A DNA stretch of 64,000 bases from Lingula anatina (lineage: Eukaryota; Animalia; Brachiopoda), in contig CM120641.1 in assembly GCA_051362555.1 (NCBI GenBank), positions 24,496,401 through 24,560,400 on the forward strand. Reading direction: 5' to 3'. Shown in pieces: positions 52,701-64,000 of the stretch (its first letter is position 1; every line of letters begins with the position of its first letter). The notes beneath the pieces were generated by a model. It ran no database searches. It saw only the letters and a list, made by a program, of their open reading frames with translations, and had not been told where the DNA came from. The position numbers and the translations under genes are program-made.

Positions 52701-55152
52701 AGTGATAGCGAGAGGAGTTGGGCAAAGTGAAAATCTATAAAGTTACGAAGTTAACAATCTCATACATCAATGCCAAATATGACAGAGAGCGTTTTTTAAA
52801 ATCAAACTCAGCTGGCAAAACTTCTCAGGATCTTCTTTTTATTTTGTTAGATGTGCTGTCAAAGTCTGATGTTATTTGATGATGACAATTCTTAAATGCT
52901 TTGATGTTGTAAATGTTGCCAGAACACTTAAAACTAAAACTTCCTATTGTATTAATAAAAATAAAATCACACAGAAAAAACACAGAAAAAAAGTTTTCAC
53001 CAGCAGAATCAACATTATTTCATAGTGTACGTACATTGAATATTTGTCCCCCACATTATTTAGCTACTTCCCCATTAAGAAGGCTAGACCTTAAAAAGTG
53101 TTAAAACATATGCTGAGATATATAGAAAGGTTAATGGTATTAATGATAATGACATAACAATTGCAATAATGATCATAGTTATAATAGTAAGTAAACTCAT
53201 TAAAATTCAAGACCACACCGTTGTATGCCAGGAAGTGCAGGTAATTATTGAAAAGCTATAGTTTCTAGTGTTTGATTGTGTTATCAAGCAAAGCAACAAT
53301 GGAAAATTGCATTTGTTTTTTTACAACCTGAAGTTTGAGTCCTGTTTTACTTATGGTGCATAGTATGGAATTTTCTCACACTTAACAAATTTTCTTGAGA
53401 TAAAAGGTATTTTTCTCTGACTAACCAACATTTGATTCTCCTTTACTGACACTCACCATAACTCTTGTAACAATCTGGGATAATTAAAAAGTCCTTAACC
53501 CACAAATAAGCGATGCTTTTTTTTTTTTTCTAAATCTGCAATCCCTTCGAGCACAATTCTTGCACTGATGTACAAATTCTTTGTGACTTAAAACTTGTTC
53601 AAGATGGGGTTGGTTCATCAGGAGGTGGTTAGTTTAATTGTTTTTTTTTTACATTAAATTAGGGCATGTATCTGTTAAAAATGACCCAAAAGAATTACTT
53701 GTCCTCAGATAAGTTCAACAAGAAGTGCCTAATGTACGTAAGATGTGTTAAAATTCTTATGCTTTAATATCACTTTATATCAAGACTATATATATTACAA
53801 AATAGGATGTGAAGTATCAAAAAGCACAAACAAGAATGATCATATCTGTTGCATGATAGCTGTTTTAAATAGAAGTATTACAATACTATTTGCTTTTCAA
53901 AAAAGAATGATTAAATCTGTTGTATTATATCTGTTTTATATAGCTGTATTACAGTACTATTTGCTTTTGATAGAAAACTTGCATGTGGCTTACCGAATGT
54001 CAGAAAAAGTGTCTAGAGCTATAATAGGGGCTTTTACAGCTCCAGCAACTATGGGACAACATCAGATTAATAACAAAAGTACAACAGAAATATTATATAT
54101 TCCGAACATTACTTCTTTCAAATGTTAATGCGTGTGCCGAAAAAGGGCCCTGTATCTAAAAAGCAAAATATTTTTGAATAACTGAGATTTTACTGGATCA
54201 AAAAGATCAAATTTCAATACTCAGCTGGAGTAGGAGTGTGATATCATTATTTGAAACCTATCTTGAACAGGTGATCAGTTATGATTGTGCAGATTGAAAA
54301 CTTAAATGCTCTCCCGATCACGATAAAACCAGTAAAAGTCTGGAAATAGAAGTCATCTCCAGCCCGAGCGTGCCCTCAACACAGAGATAAGAACAATGCC
54401 AGCTCCTGACCAGGAGATAAACTGATCATCTGGCCGTGATCAGCCCAGAAGTTTGCAAGACTACAACAAGATAAGGGCCACACCTGATTCAGAGCCATTG
54501 ATATCCAGCAGAGTTATCTTCTCCCTGCTATCGCTAAACAATAGTCTGCAGCAGAGCATGTCTAAAACCTTATCACTTTCACCATAAACCACCGCCACCA
54601 CCATCATCATCAGTGCCCTGTCTTTTCTGTGTCACCAATACGTGTTCACTAGATGTCATTGTATTGTATGCTAAGCCATGTTTATCTTCAACACAGTTAT
54701 TCTGATAATCATGACTATATCTAACACCATGCAGGACAAGTATCTTCGCCAGCTATGCTTGTTGTTTAAAGCAACATCTGTTTCAGACTTAAATTATTCA
54801 TTGTATATACTTCCTAATATTCTTATCTTGAATTCAAAGTCTTGTATATGTATACATCATAGGGTTGGGTTGATGTCACATTATTTTTTTATATACATGT
54901 AATGATATTAACATCTCTCTGTTGAACAAATAAATAAATGTTCATCTGTATTTTTTATTTTGTCAGTGCCTAAAACATCTGATTTGTATTTTCATTTGAG
55001 GAAGAATAATATCTCACTACCATATGATAGATGGTACCTTGGTCTTATGGTTAAAATGATTCATATTCAGTGAGACAGTAACGGATACACATCTTGTTTT
55101 AAAAGTAAATGAAAAGAACCATTTGTTTTTTCATGTATGTATGAGTCTATGC

Positions 55153-55199
<47 letters not shown>

Positions 55200-58100
55200 G
55201 CACACATGCACACAGGTTGTTACACAGAGATGATTGATTTTATCTTGCCACTGGTCTAGTTTAAATGGAGCGAACAGATTAAGACAGCTTGCATGCCGCT
55301 TACTTTCATCACCCCAGACTCAAGTTACAAAGTCATCTATAAGATACAAAGGGCTCCTGCCATAATCCATATCAACAGTATTAGTTTAACCAGGTTTAAA
55401 GCCATTATTTAATGTTAAACATAGAACTTAACAATGACTTCAGACAGCCCTCTTAGCAGCTTTTATTATTAGTTTCAATAATGCAATGCCTTTGATTCGA
55501 TTAATTTCTTTCCCTTTTAATGAAAACCCACATTTGCATAAATTGTCTTGATCTGAAGAAAGAAAAAAAGACAGAGCAGTATTGTATTTCTTTTAGTCTA
55601 AGATACACAAAAGGGGCGCTAAATTGTGAGAAGGTCCTTGTGTAGACACAGCATGTTACATAGTGTAATGGAGACATTGTTGTTGATCTAGTCATATCTT
55701 AACTGGATTAAGGCCGTCGCAGCTTTGTCATTCATTGAGCTTTTATGGATCGATCAATCCCCATGATTCTAGGCTATGCTGTTACATTCTATGAACTTAA
55801 TATCTTAAATGTTTGCACAAGGGATTGAGGATGAAAGTCCAAGAAAAGATCAGACTTGTAAACCAGGCCTCGGGGTAATTTTCTTACACACGACATTAAA
55901 ATAATTGTGCAGAGCTAATGTTGTTTAGAAACATGTTTCTGCTAAATTAGATATTAATATCACTTAATGGGGCCTGATAGCTCATAGCTCAAAGCTGACA
56001 CCACCTTATGTTCAATTTCAATCCATCAAGCGCCCTGACAGCTCTAAGGAGTGAAAAAATGGCAGAAGTTAGACAGAAAAGTCCGATCTTCCCACTGTGT
56101 ATTCTCTGGGTACCCTTAAATGACTTCAGAGACTTATGAAATTGAGCATCCAATAAACTAAGGATAGAGTGCAGGCATTTGTTTGCCTTCTTAATTTCAC
56201 AAAAGTGATTTTTTTGACCTGTGAATCATTAAGAGCACACCTTGTTTTAACTGAGAAAAATTACTTTCTTTTCTCTTGGGGGTTGAAGCTTTTAACATCA
56301 ACCCATCAGAAGGCTGGTCTCAGAGGGCTGGGAATGGGTTTCTTTCCAAACATAACGCAAGTCCTTCATTATATTCTAATCAAGATGAGAAATTTGTTTT
56401 TTTTTTCATAAACTCATAAGAAGTTTTGTATGTAGAGGTCAGATATCAGATGCAAAATTTCCTGTTGAGGCATGCATCAGTTTGCACACACTACACTTTT
56501 CCAAATCTTATCCAGACTTTTATCATAGTTTAGTTCAGATGCATTGATACACTGTCAAATGAAGTACTGTTTAACACATTTAATTTGAAAGATCTAGAGG
56601 TGTTTTTAAAGTTAACAAAAGATTTTTTGCCAAGGATTGGGTTGTCATTAAAAATTGAGCTAGTTATCTTTCTAATTTATCTAGTACAAGTGGATTATCT
56701 TTTCAAATTACCTTTATTTCTTATTTTCACAATACCCAACAGGAAAAAGAAAATGGTGTGTGAAGTGATAGCTGACATCAAAATGACATCACCTTATAAA
56801 CATTTCTAGCATGTGATTATGAATAAGTCACCCAGCATTGAGGAGTGTGCAATTAGAGAGCTTAATGAACAGCGTCCAAGTCGATTTGCTGTAGAGCTTT
56901 GATCAAAAGTCATCTCAGTTGAGTTTGGCTTAATAAGGGAATTAATAACCTTCTAGTTAGATTCCTAACTTTCTGGATAAATATTTTTTGTGGGGTTCTC
57001 ATATCCCTGGAGTGTCTCGCTGGGGAAGAGAAATGAGCTTTGACCTTTTTAAAATCTTCCTCTCGAAGCTCGACTTAACAATAGCTATTAAGATAAGAAA
57101 GATAATAAAACAATGTAAATTAACTTCAGTGTGAAGAACGTCTTGACTTAAATGTCATGAAATGCCGTGACATGGCATCTTTTATGGGGAATTTATTGAG
57201 CATGAGCAAACTTTTCATTAAGTGTGGATTTTTGCTCCTGTTAATGTGCAGTATTGATTTCTTAAATTGAGTGTTAGAAGCTACTAAGGGGGTGGACCTT
57301 GTTAAGGGAGTGACCATTTTTTCTCGTAGTGTACCAAAAGGCTGAGCAGAGGCAATGACAAGGTTGTGATATTCTAGGGCCAGAGCCTAGATCTAGCTTA
57401 TCCTCGGTGGGAATAAAGATAATGTGTTTTCAAATAAGATATTTACCAAACTCCTAGGAGAAACATGATGTTAACAGAGATGATCAGTCCATAAGTTCTA
57501 CTGGTCGTTATTTTCAATATATCATACAAAAATCTGATGGTATCCTAGCGGCCAAACAGAGAGGAATATTCAATCTGAATGCTCTGTTTGTCATTGTGGT
57601 GGAAGAACTACCGGTATTATACATGTACAGTGTACATGCATGATGTGTATTTCTGCCATAATGGTATTCTCTTTTTCTTTTATATTAAATGGATTTATAT
57701 TTTTGAAGAAAACATTTTGAGCTTGTGCTTCTCAAATTATACCTGTTATCTGTTATAGTGCTCTTCAGGTCCTCTCACTGTAGGAAAAAAAAAAACGCCT
57801 GAAAAATTAAGACCATGACAATCCTTTTAATGAAGAATTCAGTCTCATTACACATGACTCCATTTGATTCTTTCCATAAAAGAAGTTTTCGCACAGATTG
57901 TTTCATTATGTTTGCCAGAGGAAAAGTAGACATATGTCTGTATTAAAAAATAGCAACTGCCAGCATCTCATATATCAGACAATTCCCCCCTTTGTTTTCA
58001 TTTTCAATATAATTTTTCTGTCATAAGAAGAGAATAAACAAAGACATGTCCCCAAAGATGTCGGATCAGCCATTAATCCATAAATGCTTATGACTAACTA

Positions 58101-60468
58101 TTCTAGAGATGTATTTTTACTCATGAATAATTTGTTAAGTCCTTAGATATGTTGTGTCTGCAGCCATGCATGCACATGGTTTTCACCCTGATGGTTTGAG
58201 AAGAGTGTGGGATTACCTGGCCTCCTTGTGCAGGTCCTTTGTGCTGTGTCTACAGAGCCCAGAAGTCTGGATAGTTAAAGTGGCACAAAGAGTCTACAAG
58301 ATGTACATCCATCTGTAGTTCTAGTCACCAAGGGGCCGACTTAATGATGATTAAAGTAATTCTGTATTGGGGAATTTCATTTCCAGAAAGGCTTGTAATT
58401 GAGATGATTATAAAGCAATTGTCGAGTAATTTCCAATTTTGAGAAATGAGAAAGATTACTTATTGACATCGCACAGAGGTGATATATGTCTACATGATGT
58501 TGCACATAATCTTTCTCAGTGGGGCCCTCATGGGAAAAGCATGTTTACAGGAGTAAGTTAATATCTTGGCATTAAAGATAATTTCTATCCATTGTGTCTT
58601 TGTTTGGAGACTGTCTTCTCAGTGCTTTCACTTCCTAATGTGATATTTTAACATGACTCTAAATTCGATAATTGTCATACATAGTGGCTAAACACGTACC
58701 ATTACTAGTAGTAATTTTTTTTTAGTTGAGCAATTGCTAAGTTTCTAGAGAAAATTTAAGAAAACTTTGGCTGATAAAATGTCAAATTTTGGTCGTTGAC
58801 TTTGTAGATATTTTAATCTATATCCTCTTCCTTTGAAGGCTTTTTAGGTTGTCATAAATAGTCACAAATTTTGCCTTCATGTATATGACTGCTTTGCCAG
58901 TTGCTGTTTGATTTATATGCTCAAGAAAAAAAGTTGTGTCTGATATTAAATTTAGATGATGGTATATAAGGGGTTTAAATATACTGGCCACTTATGAAGT
59001 ACTCAAGGAAACAAGTTACACAGAGAGAATGGAATAAAAACATGAAGTGTCCCTTTAAATACAACTTCAACTCATATTAATTGATTAAAATAAACAACAA
59101 TGACTTTGGTCCCTCCTTGACTTTATCTACTTCCTGAAAGTTTTTACTTTCCCTCTATACAAGTATATCTGTTACATATCAACACGAGTGCGAACCTTGA
59201 TTACAATTCCTTATTAGCAATTTTATCTAATTTTCTTAATAAAGATTAACATATAAATCATGAACAATAACCAAGGAGTGACAGACAATCATTTTCTCAA
59301 TAGGTTCTCTTCCCTTTATTTCAGACTAAAAGACCAAAAGATAATTTCCTGGGTCCCAATTTTCATAGACTCATTATGTTACTCTATTTCCATTTCTGCC
59401 ATCTGACTTTGCCGTAGATGGTTCATAGCTGACGAACTGAAGATGACACGGCAATTTAAACATTGTAGAAAATTATTAGGAAATGGCGGGAAATTACCTT
59501 GTTATTTTCTAATAATAGTAATAATTCTCTCACTTAGTCTTATTTCCAGGGAGATACTAAAAGTTCCTCCACAGATCGCACAGGGATGGGAAAATTACCG
59601 TTTCAGGGTCATCAGTTGAAAGTAATGGGTTGTTCAGAGGGAAGTGATGAAGTGTCAAGTTACCCTTGGCAGTTTTAGAAACCTGGATTATTTTATTTGC
59701 TAATTTATATTTTTTTCAATGAAAAAAATTGTAGAATTGATTGTTGCCAATTGAATGCAACATTGGATGTCCTGTATACAGTAGATGATATGCCTAAAAA
59801 TTGAAACCTGTATTTCCTGGGTCATATATTTAATATCTGGTCATTTGATTTTTCTTTTGAAAAGTGCAAAATGATCTACAAGCCAGATGGTTCAATCAAC
59901 TTGCTTTGCAAAGAGTGAAATATACAAAGGTGCTTTAACATCCTCAAATGTTCTTAATGTTAGGGTACCTGTATTCCATCATTTCTATGACTTGTTCATT
60001 TTTTCTTAGATAAAGTTGTGGTGATTTAGGGATAAAACATATTTGCCCTATGGTCACAAATGACTTTATGTGATGCATGGAAAAATTAAGTGTATGTTAG
60101 AAATGTGACTCTATTGTTAATCAATTTCTAGGATACAGTATGTCCTAATAATATCCGGTTTCTCTGAAAAAATAAAGCAAATCTTCTGACAACTTTTTTC
60201 ATCATATTTTTAGAAATTCTACTCTATCCAAGTGACTATTTGTAGCCACTAAAAAGGTTTAAAAACTTGAAAAAATAAAACAAATATTTAAAAAATGACT
60301 TCTATTTTTTCAATTTATTCCAGGGAATTCTTCTACATACAGATGGAGAAGTATGCTCGCCAGTACCTTGCTGAGGGCACCCAAAATGCAGATGAACTTC
60401 ATGTCACAGTTGAATCAGAGTTGTACCGGGTTCTTAACCTTCATTACAACAGGAACAACCAGATCGAG
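43730..60468 (+). CDS. pros: Prospero/Prox homeobox transcription factor (partial; last exon(s) of the Prospero domain lie beyond the window)
   Basis: Coding exons: 43730-45976 (749 codons; motifs [31 protein letters not shown] coiled coil, [47 protein letters not shown]); 51021-51175 ([52 protein letters not shown], the atypical homeodomain); 60324-60468 ([13 protein letters not shown]...[17 protein letters not shown]). Intron phases 0 and 2 join in frame. Confidence 0.96.
45977..51020 (+). other. U12-type (minor spliceosome) AT-AC intron of prospero, 5044 nt
   Basis: 5' splice site ATATCCTTT at 45977; branch point TTCCTTGAC at 51003-51011; terminal AC at 51019-51020. Removal joins ...MQL to [14 protein letters not shown] in frame (phase 0). 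Confidence 0.93.
48355..48457. repeat. A-rich (AAAT/AAAAT)n tract
   Basis: Directly visible. Confidence 0.9.
55155..55197. repeat. (TG)n microsatellite
   Basis: Directly visible. Confidence 0.95.
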
Positions 60469-62263
60469 GTAAGATATGGAATTCTTTTTTAAAATCCTTC
60501 TTTGTCAGTCTTTTAGATAGAGGTAATACTGAAAAGGGTATAGATAAATTTATGTTTATCTTCTTTCTTTTTTTTTTTTTGGGGGGGGGGGGGATACATT
60601 ATGATATATCATATATTCATTATTTATATCTCTCTTATCTTATGAATATAAATTTGGTTTTTATATTATGTTGTTGGGATCACAGTTTCAGTTTTAAATT
60701 CGGCTTTTTCCTTTTTCTTCCTTTTTTTATCCTGTAACATACAGGGCATCATTTATTAAACATTAAGAATATGCCACAAACATGTGCACCATTTCTGTAT
60801 CCAGTATATTGCATATTAAACTTGTTAACCTGTGCTGAAGGAAGCATATTCTCTTCATTCAAATGCAAATTTATAAGCCCCTGATCATTTGTAAATAAAA
60901 AAAGGCTCTGGAATGAAAAAATGTAAATAAAAGTTAGGTGCACTAGGTGATTTCTTGAAAGATAAAATGCAGATGATGGTTTTGTCAGAGTTGGGTAAAA
61001 AAGCAACAATTAGGAAGTAAATAGTGGTAAAATTTAATTGGCAGAATCTAATGCAGCTCTGGGTGTATCTGTTTAAAATTACATTTAAATCAAGGAAAAT
61101 GATATTTGCATCTGCCTTTCTTGGATATCGATCTCTGTCATATTTGATATTTAACAGAATGTGGTTATTAGATTAAATTGTATTCCATACCAAGACTGAG
61201 TCTAATGGCTGGCAGCACTGATCTTTAGGCAGATCATAGACTGAAAAGAATTTGTACTGTTTTCAGTTTCATTTAGAATATCTCATTTAGAATAACCATT
61301 TCTGTACATTTACATTTATTTAGAACAGACTACTAGTACCATTGTGTACAAGTGTTATTCTATTGTTAATAAGATGTTAGACAAGATACTTATGCAGTTT
61401 GAGCACTGTCATGTTGGGAACTCGGAATGCTGGGTCACTTCACCATCATGATTTTTTTAGAAAATGGATTATTTAGGTTGTCCAAATATTTACAATCATT
61501 ATCAGGGTACCTGTATTGTACAAAAGAGTTAACATTTATTTCAAATAAAAACTGAAATCCCTTTTTAAAGATCCTTTAAATTGAATGGACTGGGTATTTT
61601 TTTTTCCTTGGTGCATATGGACCTCAGGGCACTTATTAACAAATTGCATTCGCATAAAGAAAAATATGCATTATAAATAGTATTGAAAATGGAAATGTGT
61701 CCTTGATTCACCAGAGTAATGAATCTCTATAGAAGAATTTTCAATTCTTCATCAAGGAAGTGATGATTTTCCCCCTTACCTTTTCTTATGCATCCTAACA
61801 TAGATGAAACCAAAAATTAAAATCATTATCATCTATATATGTAATGAATGATTTATAATTAGTGAATCACAGTGCAAATGAAAAGGGACTGTGTATGATT
61901 CATTCAAAACAGGAAGCACTAGCTTTGTGTACAAGTTTAAATATATACATATACACCAATATATTCCATGGTGAAAAGTTTTTCAAGTTACAGGCAAAAG
62001 TCCAAGAATAATATAGTCAACAAAGGTTTAGCTTGAATAATAAAACTAGCTGTAAAATTGATCTCAAACTGCATGCATGGGAACTTGAAATGTGTGTTAA
62101 TGTTTTCACACAGTTTTAGAGATGGTTTTATTTCACCTCTAGGCTGTAAGTACCTTATGGTGACAAGACTTTCTTGTATCAGGGGAATTTCTGAGAACTA
62201 ACGTTCAAATGGCCACCTGTTTGAATGCACGTCTAATATATCCAATTCTTTTATATTTAGAAT

Positions 62264-62265
<2 letters not shown>

Positions 62266-62307
<42 letters not shown>

Positions 62308-62310
62308 TTT
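62266..62310. repeat. (TATT)n microsatellite
   Basis: Directly visible. Confidence 0.95.
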
Positions 62311-64000
62311 CATAGTGTATACATTTCTAAAATTTCATTCTTGGAACTCTGTTTTGATATACTTTAAAATTATAAATTCATGAGAATGTTATTATTTGAA
62401 TGGGAATTTTATATGTATATTTTTTAGTTCATCTATTTATCCTTGTCCCTTTCTCTTCATTACTTGTGAAACATAACAGTAAAGCAGAGAGCAGTCTGGG
62501 GTCTGATTTACTCCCTGTGTGAATTGGTCCCCCAGGCCTTATTACTGGTGTAACCCCCAGGGAGACTCCTTAAGAGTTTTAATTCCTCCTTGCCTTTATT
62601 ATTAAATCCTGTAATTTAACAGTTGAAATAATCTTAAGTGACCTTGATATACTGTTTTCCTGCCTGACACCTTTAGAGATTGCCTGAGAGGTAGATGACT
62701 CAGCTTGAAGATTTAACCACCTGTTGTTAATCCAAGCACCTGTTTTCTTCACATTGCGTAAAGAAAATTATGTTTGGAAGTGCTAAAAAATTTCACCTTT
62801 TACATCCAGCCCTCCTCAGCCTGAGAAAATGTAGTAAGGAAAATTTGCTGAAAGATGTGTTCAGTAAAGAATAAGAAACAAATAAAATTTTGTTAAAACC
62901 TTCATTATCAGTCTACATCATTCTCAAATAAGGTTTTGAATTATCTTAGATGACTGTTATGGTTAAAAAATGTGTACTTTACAGCCAAAGAATGTAGCTT
63001 AGATTTTTCTCTGTTATAAAATGTACTTAAGATTTGTTCTGTCATGTAAAGAATATCACCTTTCTCCTGTAATCTTCAAAGGATGCAATAGTGACAATAA
63101 TGGGAATTGCCTCCCATTAAGAAAGAATAGATCAGATTTCACTTTGTGGATTTTTTGAGCATGATACATGCATTAGATGTACTCTGTTTCAAGGTAAGAG
63201 AGAAATCTACATAAAAACCTTTCCACAGTACAAAATCATTAAGATCAAAGGTGACAGGAGGAAACAGTTTGAAAGCGCCACTCACAACTTGCCTGGAAGA
63301 AAAGACTAACTGTTTCATGTCCGCAGGTGAAACAGCACCGTTAGACTAAGCTTCTGCGTGGCATAGTAATGATGTTATTACGACAATGAAAGGATGTTTC
63401 TCGCAGTTGGAAAGTAATCGTGCACGTGGCTGAGCTCGTAGGAGATGTCTCAGCCTTGTGTGAGGGGCCGCAAGTGCTTGGACCACTCTGCCAGAAAAGT
63501 CTAATAACTGCACAATGATCCTGACATGCATGGCAAATGTTCTTTTACTGTCCCTATAAAATGAACATAAAATGTCTGTTTTTTTTTTCCTGGCAGTTAA
63601 AGTAAGGTTTTGCGATGGGAAAAAAGCCAAAGGGGGCAGAAGAGAGACTTGTTAGACATTTCCTTTCCCAAATGTTTTCTAGGCCTCCCATCCCTTGCTG
63701 TCATACATTGCTCACATATCTACATGTTTTTGCCTTTTTTCTTTAACATGAACATTCTTGGCATTTCTTATTTACTTAGTTTCAACAACAATCTTTCAGT
63801 ATTTTAATATGAATTCTAATATTCTTGTTGCCTAAGAAATAATATCAACATTTCAACAGTAGGTTATTTTTGTCTACAATTTTACTTAATGCTGACATTA
63901 AAGGCCATAACTATGGTTAAATATAAAAATTAGGATGAAGGATGAATATTATAAGATACAGTCTCAGATATAAATGGTGTGGATCGCTTTCTCTTATTAC

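Noticed and set aside
59351-59495. Fold-back sequence (TTGCCGT...ACGGCAA) as a possible pre-miRNA or ribozyme
   Set aside because: Pairing is short and interrupted, with no known mature miRNA or complete hammerhead core. It starts with a Harbinger-like end (GGGTCCCAATTTTCATA), so it is more likely a MITE relic.

Overview
AT-rich, intron-rich animal genomic DNA, most likely a lophotrochozoan or other non-insect invertebrate (inferred from protein motifs and repeat types). Three protein-coding genes can be rebuilt by hand from splice sites and reading phase. (1) A 7-exon RDH11/12/13-type short-chain dehydrogenase on + (8041-13729). (2) A complete 13-exon DLST (E2 of 2-oxoglutarate dehydrogenase) on - (34770-18248). 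(3) A prospero/Prox homeobox gene on + (43730 to beyond the window end), head-to-head with DLST. The Prox gene has a clear minor-spliceosome (U12, AT-AC) intron just before the homeodomain. Introns hold a decayed DIRS/Ngaro retroelement, PIF/Harbinger derivatives, an Academ-like element, an RTE tail, a tandem duplication and many microsatellites. The most notable points are: the DLST-Prox divergent pair (recalled as the human DLST-PROX2 arrangement); the 5-kb U12 intron with an immediate in-frame stop; clustered substitutions at normally invariant DLST catalytic-domain positions; a Ser-to-Ala change at the RDH catalytic serine; and a uORF-loaded Prox leader. All comparisons with other species are from recalled knowledge; no searches were run. 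No tRNA, rRNA or CRISPR array was seen.
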